Origin: Anaeramoeba ignava BMAN
Lineage: Eukaryota > Protista > Anaeramoebae
Assembly (NCBI GenBank): GCA_028826165.1
Contig: JAPDFW010000059.1
Span: 372,001 to 436,000, forward strand
Direction: 5' to 3'
Length of the DNA stretch: 64,000 nucleotides
Part shown: piece after piece, positions 1-19,300 of the stretch
How positions within the stretch are numbered: position 1 is the stretch's first letter
Layout: the number at the start of each line of letters is the position of its first letter
Program-made: the position numbers and the translations under genes
The notes under the pieces: generated by a model
What the model was told of the DNA's origin: nothing
Database searches by the model: none
The model's input: the letters and a program-made list of their open reading frames with translations, nothing else

Positions 1-3000
1 ATTGAGGAATTAGTTTTCCAAACTGAAGGATTCAAACTTCTTTTACTTGATGATTGTTTTGGAGAAAATCAAAATCAACCACTTCTTTCAGTCTTAATTC
101 AAAACATAGTTTTAAATCTTTCAAATTGGTCAAAACAATTACAAGCAAAAATAGGAATGGATATTTTAGTAAATTACTTTAATGAATTTGTTGGTGTTTG
201 GGAACCAGTAATTGAACCTTGGAGATTTGAAGTTGAGGCTCAAAAGGCAGAATTATTAGAGAAATATGATATTTTCTTAAAAGCACAAAATGTTTTGAAC
301 ATAAATTTATCTGGAGCAATGATGAAAACACTCTCTTCAACAATGAAAGTTTTGAATGATGAATTTCATGGTAAATCAGTAATTGAAAAAGAATTGGATT
401 TCCATCCTTATTGGGTTGTGAATAATACTTTGGAAAATATTGAAATTGCTTATGGAAAAGATAAGAAAATGAAACTTAATCCTGGAGAAAAAAAACCTTT
501 CAAATTCGATAAATCAACAAAACAATCAAATCAATTAAGAAATCCTCAAATTTCTGCTTTTTATGAACATAAAATCACTTTTGGATTTCCTGATTATCCA
601 AATTTCAGGAAAAATTCTGTTATTCTTGATCGAGTTGAAAAAAGAGTGTTTATTCTCAATAGAACCAAGAATTTTACACAAAAAGCAATCACATCAATAA
701 AATTACAAAACGGAAGCAAACTTCTTACATTTTCATCAGGAGTTTTAATTGAAAATCGAACATCAATACCATTAGAAATTTATTTGCAAATGGATAATGA
801 AAAATCATTAAGATATTATATCAGTCCTTTACAAGAGTTTTCAGTTCCATTCAAATATATTGAAAACGGAACATTTTCTGTTCGTCCAAGTAAATTTCAT
901 GCAGCAATCGGAATGGAAATATTACCTAAAAAACAAAAATTTTCTTTACAAAATGTTGATTTTAACAAACAAGAATCAGATAAAAAACCACAACATCATT
1001 TCAGTAGAATTTTCACAAATCAAACCTATTCAAAAGATGCAAGACCACCAAGGTTCCAAATGAACAGTCTCAAACCAGAATCAGTTACACTTTATTGTGA
1101 TCACACTAAACAAGGAACAAAAGAAGCCTATTATTTTATTTTAAATATTTCAAAACATCGAGATGAAAGAATATTGCAAGAAAGAACATATTGGAAAATG
1201 ACAATATCACCACCTTTAATAATTGAAAATATTCTTACAAAACCAACAACATTTAATGTTTCAAATGTTCGAACTGGAAAAATAATTTCATCAAGACTTA
1301 ATTTTGAAGATACAGCAGAAATTTATCAAGTCAATCCATTACCAAAGAATATTTCTTATTCAATCAAAATTGACAAGTTTACAAAATCTCAAGGAGATAT
1401 TCTTAACACTGAAACATCAAAACTTGAAGTTACCAATTTTGTTGTTGAAGATGCTTTTAAAAATGAAGCTACATTTTCATTTGAAAATACTTTGGATGAA
1501 TATGGAAGTCGTTGTATTGCTTTATTTTCAAAGTTTTTATTAGTTAATAAAACAGGAATTCCACTTATTTATCAAAATTCATCAACAAATAAAACTATTG
1601 GAGGAGGAAATGATATTAAATCACTTGAAAAAGAAGAAAATATTCCAACAGTTTCAAATGAATGGAAAGATAATATTGAGAAATATTCAAGTGTTTTTCT
1701 TGTTGATCCAAAGAATATCAAAATCAAAACATTAGATTCATTATGGAGCGAAAAATCAATACCATTAAATGCACCAGGTTCAATTGGATTTTCTTCATTG
1801 AAAATCAATAATTCAAATGAAAATCAAAATCAAAATGAAAATCAAAATGAAAATCAAAATGAAAATCAAAATCAAAATCAAATTTATGAATTTGGATACT
1901 CAATAATTCCAGGAACACATTCTCTTTATAGATCACAAATTATTACATTTGCACCAAGATTTGTTCTTATTAATAAAACTAAACATCCTATTGTTTTTGC
2001 TGAAAAAGAAGAAAAAAAACAAAGAGGATTTTTACAACCTGAAGAATATAGTCCATTTTATTTTTGGAATTTTGCATCTCATTTACTTAAAATTAAATTT
2101 GGAAAAGATAATTTAAATGAAAATGAAAATGAAAATTTAAAAAGAAAATGAAAATTTAAAAGAAAATGAAAAAGAAAAAGAAAATGAAGTTGAAATTGAA
2201 TTTGAGAAGAAAAAAACCGAAGATATTCTTGATGATGATAATGAGGATGATTTTGTTAAATTTGAAAATTGGGAATGGTCTTGTGGCTTTTTAGCAACTG
2301 AATTGGATGAACAAACTGTGAAATTAAGATCAAAAACAAACAAAATTTATATGTTAAATGTTAATATTAATGATGATGGTCCAACTTTTTATATTTTTAT
2401 TAATCCTCAATTAAAAAACAAATTACCATATCAAATTAGAAATCATACCAAATTCCCCTTTTTAATTAATCAAAAAAATTCAAGTTATTATGAAACAATT
2501 GAAGCTCAAACAAATATTTATTATTCATGGGATAATTTGCAACTTCCAAAAATTCTAGATATTTCTTCACCAGAAAAAAAACTAATTACAGCTATTAAAA
2601 TTGATAAATTGAAACAATATTCACCTATTAATTATCAAGATTGCCAAATTTCCATTTCTATTCAATCACATGGAACAACTTTTATATTAGACATTAAAGA
2701 ATCTGGACCAATTTTGAAAACCAACAAATCAAAAACAAACTTAAAAAAAACACAATCAGAACAAGAAAAACAAAAACAAATTGAAAAAGAAAAAGAAAAA
2801 GAACTTCAAAGACAAAGAATTGTTAATTTCACTTCAAAATTAAAACTTCCTGGATTTGGAATTTCCTTAATTAGTGATGATCCTATTGAAATTGCTTATA
2901 TTTCATTCACTAATTTGGAAGCAATGTTTGAAAGTAGTAATATTGATCAAGAATTCGAATTTTCACTTGAAAAGTTCCAAATTGATAATCAATTACCAAC

Positions 3001-4717
3001 ATCATTATATCCTATTTTAATTGAACAGAAACCACTTTCAGATCCAAAACCTGTTTTAAAAGCAAGTTTTGTTCGTTCTTTAATTTATGGAGATGAACTT
3101 GATTATTATAAATACGCATCATTTCTTTTACAAGAATTAATTATTAAGGTTGATGATGGTTTTGTGTATAAATTACTTGATTTTATTGATTCTTTGAAAT
3201 TTGATCAATTTGGACAACCAAAAATTTTTGAAAGTCAATCTTTAGTGAAAGGAAAAGATGTTTTTTCTTTAATTAAATCACAAAGTTCAAATGGAAAAGA
3301 AAGTTCATTAGTGAAAAGACAATATTTCGAATTACTTCATTTAAATCCTGTTAAATTTGAAATTACATTTGAAATGCAAAGTAAAACTGAATCATCTAAT
3401 TTCCTTCATAATTTCCTTCGAATTCTTGGAACTTCATTTATTAGTATTCAAGAAACAAATATAAAACTTAATGCATTGGTTCTTCGACATGTTTTTGGAA
3501 GACAAGACAAGATTGTGAATAGAATTCAAAAACATTACACAAGATCATTTATGAAACAATTATACAAAATAATTGGTTCAATTGATATTTTAGGAGATCC
3601 AGTTGGTTTATTAGGAGGAATAGGAACAGGTAAATTTAAAAGAAATAAAATAAAAGAAAAAAAGTTGAACTAGCAAAAAAAATTTTTTTTCCAACTTTTT
3701 ATTTCTCCAATTAAATAATTTATATATTTAATTTATTTATTATTATTTTTAGGTGTAATTGAATTTTTCCATGAACCAGCAAAAGGAATAGTTCATTCTC
3801 CTGGAGATTTTGCAATTGGAATTGGAAAAGGATCATGGTCACTAGTGAAAAATTCTATATCAGGAGTAATGGGAACAGCATCTAAAGTAATTGGAGCAGT
3901 TGGGAAAGGATTCACAGCATTAACATTAGATGATGAATATAAAGAACAACGAAGAAGAGACAAGTTAAAAAACAAACCAAAACATGCAGGAGATGGTGTA
4001 GTAAAAGGAGGAAAGGCATTTGCAAAGAGTCTTTGGAGTGGAGTTTCAGGAATTGTAACACAGCCAATCAAGGGCGCTAAAAAAGAGGGAGTAAAAGGCT
4101 TCTTTAAAGGTGCTGGTAAAGGCTTAGTTGGAGTTGTTTCTAAACCTGTTGTTGGTGTGACTGAATTTTCTTCTAATGTTTTTGATGGAATTAAAAATAC
4201 TACTAAATTATTTGATCCAAAAAGTCTTGGAAAAGCAAGATCTCCTCGTTATATTGGTCAAGATAGGATTTTAACAATATTTAATCCTGATAAATCTTCT
4301 CAACAATTACTTTTAACAAATTTATCGAATGGTGCTTATAGAAAAGAGTTATGTATTGAGTTTAGAGTTTGTATTGAGAGGATGAAAAGTTATATAATTT
4401 TAACAGGTTTGTAAAATTTATATTAAAAATTTATATTAAAAATTTATATTAAAAATTTATTTAAAAATTTATTTAAAAATTTATTTAAAAATTTAGAAAA
4501 ACGAATGATTTATTTTGTTAAAGAAGATGTTAGATTGGATTTCTTATTAACTCAAATTCTTGAAAATAAAATTAATGGAAATTTCTTGGAATTAACTTAT
4601 GATTTAGGATCAACAAAGAAAAAAACTAAAAAAATGAAATTTCAATTTGAAAATTTGGAAGATGCAAAAGCAATTCAAGAAGAATTAATCAATCAAATTT
4701 CAAATTTAGAAAATTAA
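1..4717 (+). CDS. VPS13: VPS13 family lipid-transfer protein, C-terminal part (5'-truncated). Introns 3630-3752 and 4407-4496; +1 frameshift near 2140
   Basis: Frame open from base 1. Motifs 'YFNEFVGVWEPVIEPW', VAB-repeat 'ITFAPRFVLINKT', 'FQIDNQL', 'YFELLHLNPVK', 'GSIDILGDPVGL', ATG2_C-like 'GIVTQPIKGAKKEGVKGFFKGAGKGLVGVVSKP'. Both GT..AG introns rejoin the ORFs in frame. One extra A in TTAAAAAG (the neighbouring repeat has TTAAAAG) breaks the frame. Confidence 0.93.
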
Positions 4718-4749
4718 TTTCCCAATTCAAAATCAAAATCAAAATCATT

Positions 4750-6670
4750 TACAATTCAATTTACAATTCAAGAAGAATTAATCAATCAAATTTCAAATTT
4801 AGAAAATTAATTTCCCAATTCAAAATCAAATTCAAAATCATTTACAATTTAATTTACAATTCAATTTATAATTTAATTTATAATTTAATTTACAATTTAA
4901 TTTACAATTTAATTTATAATTTAATTTACAATTTAATTTACAATTTAATTTACAATTTAATTTATAATTTAATTTACAATTTAATTTATAATTTAATTTT
5001 CAATTTAATTTACAATTTAATTTATAATTTAATTTACTTGAATTTAATTTACAATTTAATTTACAATTTAATTTACAAATTTTCAATTTAATTTACAATT
5101 TAATTTACAATTTAATTTACAATTTAATTTACAATTTAATTTTCAATTTAATTTACAATTTAATTTTTAATTTACAATTTAATTTTCAATTTAATTTACA
5201 ATTTAATTTTACAATTTAATTTACAATTTAATTTACAATTTAATTTTAATTTAATTCATAATTTAATTTACAATTTAATTTACAATTCAATTTTCAATCA
5301 ATTTACAATTTAATTTACAATTTAATTTACAATTTAATTTATAATTTAATTTTCAATTTAATTTACAATTTAATTTATAATTTAATTTACAATTTAATTT
5401 TCAATTTAATTTACAATTTAATTTACAATTTAATTTACAATTTAATTTACAATTTAATTTACAATTTAATTTACAATTTAATTTTCAATTTAATTTACAA
5501 TTTAATTTTTATTCAATTTTCAATTTAATTTTTAATTCAATTTACAATTTAATTTACAATTTAATTTACAATTTAATTTTTATTCAATTTTCAATTTAAT
5601 TTTCAATTCAATTTACAATTCAATTTACAATTCAATTTTCAATTTAATTTACAATTTAATTTTTAATCAATTTTCAATTTAATTTACAATTTAATTTTTA
5701 ATTTAATTTACAATTTAATTTACAATTCAATTTACAATTTAATTTTCAATTCAATTTACAATTTAATTTACAATTTAATTTTCAATTTAATTTACAATTT
5801 AATTTACAATTTAATTTACAATTTAATTTTCAATTTAATTTATAATTTAATTTACAATTTAATTTTCAATTCAATTTTCAATTTAATTTACAATTTAATT
5901 TACAATTTAATTTACAATTTAATTTACAATTTAATTTATAATTTAATTTACAATTTAATTTACAATTTAATTTACAATTTAATTTTTAATTTAATTTACA
6001 ATTTAATTTTCAATTTAATTTTTAATTTAATTTACAATTTAATTTTCAATTCAATTTACAATTTCAATTTTCAATTCAATTTACAATTCAATTTTCAATT
6101 TAATTTACAATTTAATTTATAATTTAATTTACAATTTAATTTATAATTTAATTTATAATTTAATTTACAATTTAATTTACAATTTAATTTTCAATTCAAT
6201 TTACAATTTAATTTACAATTTAATTTACAATTTAATTTACAATTTAATTTATAATTTAATTTATAATTTAATTTACAATTTAATTTATAATTTAATTTAC
6301 AATTTAATTTACAATTTAATTTATAATTTAATTTATAATTTACAATTTAATTTAATTTATAATTTAATTTACAATTTAATTTACAATTTAATTTACAATT
6401 TAATTTACAATTTAATTTACAATTTAATTTACAATTTAATTTACAATTTAATTTACAATTTAATTTTTCAATTTAATTTACAATTTAATTTACAATTTAA
6501 TTTTCAATTTAATTTACAATTTAATTTACAATTTAATTTACAATTTAATTTACAATTTAATTTTTAATTTAATTTTTAATCAATTTTCAATTTAATTTTT
6601 AATTTAATTTACAATTTAATTTACAATTCAATTTACAATTTAATTTTCAATTCAATTTTCAATTCAATTT
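4750..6670. repeat. Intergenic 12-bp satellite (AATTTACAATTT)n between convergent VPS13 and ValRS
   Basis: About 1.9 kb of tandem units read directly, with TTC/TAT variants. Confidence 0.95.
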
Positions 6671-6867
6671 TTCTTTCTTTTTTTTGATTTTTTTTGATTT
6701 TCAAAATTGAATCAAAATAATTTTTTTTTCCGATTTTGATTCTTTTATTTTTTTTTTTGATTTTTTCGCATCTAAAAAAAAGAAAGAAAAGAAAACAAAA
6801 AAAAAGTTTAATTTTGTATTTTGTTTTTAAATTTAAATTTTGATTTAAATTTTGATTTAAAATGATT

Positions 6868-11758
<4,891 letters not shown>

Positions 11759-11949
11759 TTTATTTTAAAAAATGAAAAAATGAAAAAATGAAAAAATAAA
11801 AAAAATTTTTTTTAATTAAATTTTTTTATTTATTTACGTAATTTAACGTTTGAATGATGATTTTCTTTATCATTTTTTGTAAAAATTACCTAATTTAATT
11901 TAAAATTAAAATTTACAATCATTTTAACAATCATTTTAACAATCATTTT

Positions 11950-13300
11950 AACATAAAATTTAAAATAAAATTTAGAATAAAAAGTGGAATAAAATTTAGA
12001 ATAAAATTTAAAATAAAATTTAAAATAAAATTTAAAATAAAAATTAAAATAAAATTTAAAATAAAAAGTGGAATAAATTTAAAATAAAATTTAAAATAAA
12101 ATTTAAAATAAAATTTAAAATAAAATTTAAAATAAAATTTAAAATAAAAAGTGGAATTAAATTTAAAATAAAATTTAAAATAAAAAGTGGAATTAAATTT
12201 AAAATAAAAAGTGGAATAAAATTTAAAATAAAAAGTGGAATTAAATTTAAAATAAAATTTAAAATAAAATTTAAAATAAAAAATTTAAAATCATTTTTTA
12301 AAATAAAATTTTAAAAAAAATTTTAAAATTTAAAATAAAAATTTGGAATAAATTTAAAATAAAAAGTGGAATAAAATTTAAAATAAAATTTAAAATAAAA
12401 TTTAAAATAAAATTTAAAAATAAAATTTAAAATCATTTTAACAATAAATTTAAAATAAAATTTAAAATAAAAAATAAAATTTAATAAAATTTAACAATAA
12501 ATTTAAAATAAAATTTAAAATAAAATTTAAAATAAAAGAATTTAAAATAAAATTTAACATAAAAATTTAAAATAAAAAGTGGAATAAATTTAAAATAAAA
12601 TTTAAAATAAAATTTAAAATAAAATTTAAAATAAAATTTAAAACAAAATTTAAAATAAAATTTAAAATAAAATTTAAAATAAAATTTAAAATAAAATTTA
12701 AAATAAAATTTAAAATAAAATTTAAAATAAAATTTAAAATAAAATTTAAAAATAAAAAGTGGAATAAAATTTAAAATAAATTTTAAAATAAAAAATTTAA
12801 ATTTAAAAAAAATAAAATTTAAAATAAAATTTAAAATAAAAAGTGGAATAAAATAAAATTTAAAATAAAATTTAAAATAAAATTTAAAATAAAATAAAAT
12901 TTAAAATAAAATTTAAAATAAAAAGTGGAATTAAATAAAAAATAAAATTTAAAAAATATTTACAATAAAATTTAAAAATAAAAAGTGGAATAAAATTTAA
13001 AATAAATTTTAAAATAAAATTTAAAATAAAATTTAATTTAAAATAAAATTTAAAATAAAAAGTGGAATAAAAAGTGGAATTGAATTTAAAATAAAATTTA
13101 AAATAAAATTTAAAATAAAATTTAAAATAAAATTTAAAATAAAAAGTGGAATAAATTTTAAAATAAAAAGTGGAATTGAATTTAAAATAAAATTTAAAAT
13201 AAAATTTAAAATAAAATTTAAAATAAAATTTAAAATAAAATTTAAAATAAAATTTAAAATAAAATTTAAAATAAAATTTAAAATAAAATTTAAAATAATA
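11950..13300. repeat. Intergenic 12-bp satellite (AAAATAAAATTT)n with interspersed AAAAGTGGAAT variants
   Basis: Read directly between the BEACH gene stop and the ValRS start. Confidence 0.93.
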
Positions 13301-13386
13301 TTGGAAATAAAATTAAAATTGGAAATAAAATTAAAATTAAAATGGAAAATTGTTGTTTTTTGATATTAATTTTATTGTAATTCCTT

Positions 13387-16300
13387 TTAATTCCAACACT
13401 CATTGCAAATTCTCACTCCATTAAAATGATATAATTCAGGTAAAGGCTTAAAATTTGGACTACAAGATTCACAAATAACTCTCCCACACTTCCTACAATG
13501 CTTCTTCTTTCTTTTTGATCCAAAAACTAAACCACAAATTGGACACTTTTTCACACTCTTTTTCTCAACCCAATTCGAACGTATTCCTTGTTTAGGAAGT
13601 TCCCAAAGTAAAATCTGACCATCAAAATCAGTTGAATACAACTTCTTATTATCACAAGTAACAACAAGATTCTTTATTGCTGTTCTAGAACCACGAAATT
13701 TACAAAATTCTAAAAATCGGAAATTTCCTCCCAAATTTTTAACTTCTTTTTGTCCATCCATTTCATCCAATTCAAGATCTTTAAACGGAGATTCCGCAAT
13801 GTTTTTTTTCTTCTTGTTTTTCTGAACTAATCGCCAGAAACGAATAAGTCCGTTTTCATGCCCAGTGATGATAACCCGATCCTCCATATATTCAGGAAGA
13901 TCGGTCAAACTTAGAGCAGAAATAAAATTGCCATTTTGAGAATCAATAAAACATTCTGCAATAAGAATGCCGTTTACATTCATAATTTTCATATATTCTT
14001 TTGTGCATACAACAATCTCTCCTGTGGAGCTATTGATGCGAGTATTAAGAATCTGAGAAGAAAACCCGTCAATTTCAAACAAAAGTATTTCCTCATTTAT
14101 ATCCCAAACAAAGCACTTCAAATCATAAGACACAGAAATCAAGATTCCAAAAATCTTAGACATCGCAAGCATTGTGATCTTGTGGAAATGCCCATGAAGT
14201 ACTGCTTTAAATAGAAAAAGATCCATTCGATTTGGCGATCCTTTCTGGTTCACTTTCCATAAAATTATTTTTCCCATTATGTCTCCTGTTGCTAATATTT
14301 TGTTGTCGTGAGAAAGACAAGCTGAGGTGATTTTGTTGTAATCCATGCATTCCTGTCCTCCAAGCATTTTTGTGTTTTCGAGATCAAAAATACACAAGTT
14401 CATGTACGGATATCTCCAAGAAATAATACAAGGTGTGAATGATTCAAGCATATTTTTTGTCCATGTTTCCCAAACAACTAATTCCATTCTATGATGTTCA
14501 ATGACTTCATCTCCACAAACACTAATAACTGAATTTTTGGATGATTTGTTTTTGGATCGGAATTTAACTTTTGTGTTCACATTCATAATTGCGTTTACAT
14601 TTTCAGTTGAATTTGAATTTAAATTTGAATTTGAATTTGAATTATTTATATTTCCATTCATATTTTGCATTTTTGTAGATTCTTTCACAAGGCTTGATCT
14701 AAGTAAATTGGGTGAAATGTGTATTCCTGATGAAAAAGGTCTTTTTGCAAAGCGTTTTGGATGCGGATTTGTGAATAATTGCTTTGGAATTTGTCCGAAA
14801 TTATTGATTTGGGCCAGAATACTTAGAAACTCAGTTTTGTTCTCAATTTTTGATATATCAATTGAATCTGGATAAGTCAGATAATAAAATGAATTAAAAG
14901 TATTAACCGCATTTTGTCCCTTTTGATTAAACCCAAAAATCAAGTCAATCCACTGATGAAGATGCTGGGAAACATAGTCACTTTCCAACGCCTTTTGATT
15001 CTGACAAACAAATTCAAAAGGATCATCATTTGCCCACAAAGGAAGAATCACATGTTCCACTTTTTCTTTGCTTGACTGTCTTTCTCCGAAATAGAGATTA
15101 TTTATGTTCATGAAAATATACGGACAATAAAAGAACTCAGGAATCAATTCCTTCACATCAGTCATATTTGTTTCACTTGAAGAAATGTAACTGTCCTTGA
15201 TAGAAAGAAATAATCGATCTGCATGATCAAAATTTCCGCCTTGAATTTGGAAAAATTGTCTCGAAAATGGTTCCAATCGAATTAAATAGAATAAAACAAC
15301 CAATCCAGCAGAATAATGAGTTCCATAATAAAATTTTGGGATTTCTGGATCGCTCCAAAATTTGAATCTAAAGAAAAATATATTGAATTATTTAATTATT
15401 ATTATAAATTATTTTGTTTTCAAATTTGATTTAATTACTTTTCAACAAATTTTGCTAATCTTTTCTCAGATAAAGCACCCATTGGTTTTGATAAATCTCT
15501 GTAGATTAATGCATTTGAAATATCCAGATCTTCACTTTTATAATCACTTAAAATCCATGGAAATACTGGATATTGAGTCAAATCATTATAAGTTCTTCCA
15601 GCAAGTGTGTTTAAATACATCAAATACTGGAAATTGGAAATTTGACCTTTTTGCCATAATTTTGTTTGTATTTCCACTTTTTCAAACCGTTTTGGTTGCT
15701 CAATCCAAACTCTTGTGCAATTTACATTTTGTTCTACAAATTTCAGCTTTTTTCTTGAAGATGATTTTGGAATTGAATCAGGAACTTGATTTGGTGTTAA
15801 ACTTGTTTTCTTCAAAATATTATAAATCTCATTACGTGCTTGAATTGGGAAACAAACAAAAAAATTTGTTCCATTATCAAGAAAAAACTCCAAACTAATT
15901 GGTTGATGCAAATAGTTTCTTTTTAAAATATTAACAATATCATCAATTGGAACACATATGCAAATATGCTGTAAAATCAAGGATCTTTTCTTATCAATAA
16001 TATCCCAATCAAATGAATTTGGTGAGAAAAATATGGAGAATTGTTCTTCATTTTGATTTTGATTTTGATTTTGATTTTTATTTTGAATTTGATTTTGATT
16101 TTGATTTTGATTTTCATTTAAATTTTGATTTTCATTTAAATTTTCATTTTGATTTTGATTTAAATTTTGATTTTGATTTTGATTTTGATTTTGATTTTGA
16201 TTTTGATTTTGATTTTCATTTTCATTTTGATTGCTTTTTTCAGATTTTTGCATATTTTCTAAATATTTCTCGCTTTGCTTTGTGATTTCTTCTTCAACAC

Positions 16301-19300
16301 ATGAAACAACCCATTCTTTAGTATTTTTTTCTTCTGAACGTTCAACAATTTGTGTTCCATTAAGAATTTCAAATCCATCAACAAAATACAAATTTCTAAC
16401 TCCAATAATCAATATTCCATGACGCGCATATTGACCACAAATTCTTGAGTAATTGAAAATATAAGATTCCATATCTTCTTTATCCATAATTTCATTCATT
16501 TTTGTTTTAAGAAGTGGTTCCATTTTGATCTGCTTTTGTTTCAATTTCTTTTCCGTTTTTTTCAAATGTTTGTTTGTAAATTCCTTCAAATTTTCCTCAA
16601 ATTGATTTACTGGTGCTTCATTGTTTTCCAATTCAATCTGATTATCAAACTCTTTTTCTCCAGTTTTATGAAGATTTGATTTTCGCGAAATTTTCCAGTT
16701 TTCTCTTTCTTGTTGTCTTTGTATTTTAAGTCTTTCTTCCTCTTCAATATAATCAAAATCTTCATCATTTTTCTCAATTCTTTTTCTCACTCGATTTGGA
16801 CCTTCCACAAACTTCAATCTCCAATAAGTCTTTTTGGATTCATTTTTAGCAATTTTTTCAAATATTGCATTTTTTGCTGTTAATATTTCGCGTCTCATTT
16901 TCCATTCAATATGAAATGCTCTATGATTTCTCTCAAGCGCCTTTCTTTGCAAAGACATCCACATTCGTGATTTTTCCAATATATATTCCGCTTTCATTCT
17001 TTGGTGGGCTTTTGCTTTCTTCAAATCTAAGATATCTCTTTTTCTATCATTTATTTTCTTATTTTCATTTTTGCCTCTTGTAAACTGAATAATTTGGAAA
17101 GAATTTTTTTTCGTAATAAAAACCGACTCTTGGAATTTTTGATAAGCTTTTCTTTGGTAATTTTCTCTTGAAAATTCAATCTCCTCTTGTGATTCTTTGG
17201 CAAATTTTTGGAATTGTACAAAATCACCCATAATAAGTGAAAAACCATCATAAATCAAGTTGCGTATTTCTCCATTTTTGTTCTTATATGAAAAAAAATT
17301 CTGAATACTTGAAATTCTTTTCAGAATCAAACTTGAGAATATTTTTCGAGCTTGTTGGCTAACCTCCTGATTTTCAAAAAACAAGAGAGGATAAATTTTA
17401 TAGCATAAAGAACCGAGAAAATTTGGATCATCATTTTTGGGATTCAGAATCCATTCTTCATTATCAAAAAAGGTTTTCAAGAATCTAAACATACTATTGT
17501 TTGGATTTTCGTTTTCAATACTATTATTATTATTATTATTGTTGTTGCTATTCTCGTTTTTGGATGATTGAATATAACTTGCTGGATCAAGAAGATAAAT
17601 CACAACAGAATTCAAATTCGGAAACATTTTTTGAAGAAACAACTCTCTTCGTTGCTCATCAAATTCATTTAATGGTGACGACACTCTTTTGATTATCACC
17701 AATAAGAAATGAAACACTGAAACTTCCAAATCAAGAAACCAATTGCAATGGAAGCCATCCATTACCAAGGAAACAAACAGAATCAAGTTGGAAATGAATT
17801 TGGGATTGTTGAACTCGATTTCCGTTCCAAAAATGATTCTTTCCATCGCGCAAGAAAAAACCTCTTGTCGGAATCGGTATTCCATTTCTGAATCAAGAGA
17901 ATAAAATCCAATTTCCCAAATAAAATCCATTATTAAAACAATTTTCGATTTTTCTTTCATAAATTGAAATATCAACTCTCCCAAAACTTCAAAAGTTTGT
18001 TTGGAAATTTCGTTGGAAATGATCAAATCATTGATCTTTTGTATCATTTGTGGATCATCAAGTGTTTGTGTTGGTGTTGATTTTTCTTCACTTTTTGGAT
18101 CGTTAGAATTTGATTCATTTTTGTTAACCAAAACAAGCTCAACAAAACCTTCTGTTTTTGAATTTTTTTCATTAACCATTGCATATTCTTCAAATTCATC
18201 AGAAGATTCGATTTTCTCTTTTGAAAGAGTCGATAGCAATTCTGGGATACTCTTTGCGAAAATGATGGTTAGTAGCGAAGTTAAGAAGTCTTGAGTGAAA
18301 GAAAATTCTTGGAATTGGCGAGAAAATCTGATCAAGAAAATGAGGAATTGAGCAAATAATTTGGCTATTTTTGTGTTTTCTTCAATATTTGCTTTTTTGA
18401 ATTGTTTATTTGGATCTCGAATTAAAGAAACTTTTTGCACAAGAAAATCAACCTGATATTGATGTATAATTGAGAATAAAATGTTTATTGGCTCGAACCA
18501 AAAAATGGAGAAATTCATATTTTTTGGATCTGTAGTGTTCTGTTTTTGTCTCATAATGTTATGGATATTATCAAAACTCCAATCGTTATTGATGAATAAA
18601 TTTAAAGGGATTCCAAGAGTTAATGAAACTAAACAGTGGAAAATATGGTCGTTTATAAGATGGCGAGAAATTGCGAGATTGAGTGCATTTTTATTGCTTT
18701 TGCTGACTTCTATTTTGCGCAGATATGAAGGATTACCCACAACTAGCGAGGATAATATCTCAAAACATATTGAGACAACTTGTTTTTTGTGAGTAAGTTG
18801 AATGATTGTACTGAGAAACTTGATTCCAAAAACATTCACAACATTCTCATTATCAATGAATTCTGTTGTTAATTGGAGAATGCCATTGAGAATCTCGCAC
18901 AATTTTTGTGTTTCCAGTAAATTTTGTTCAGATTCAACACTTTCTTGTGCATTTTCAATACGTTCTGAAATGAGAACACACAATCGAGAAACATGTTTCA
19001 GATCTTCCCTTTCCAAAGAGTTTAAGATAGTAATTTGGAGCACATCAAAAACTTTGACGAAAAAACTTGCGCAGATATTTTCATCTGCAAGAATATAGCA
19101 TAGCTTATTGATGATTGATATTTTTTTCATTTGGAAAATATTTAAATGCTGGAATTTGTTTTCGCGAATATACATTGTGATGTTGTCAATAAAAGAATAA
19201 TATATTTCAAGATTGCAAATGCTCCAAATATCGTGATCAAATATGCATTCTAATGCCTCAACATTTGAGACAATTGAATGACTGATGTCGTATTTTAAAG

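Noticed and set aside
11820-11900. Possible extra upstream ValRS exon (ATG...TAC|GTAAAT on the minus strand)
   Set aside because: No suitable AG acceptor before the 11758 ATG, and Inr-like elements lie directly upstream of that ATG.
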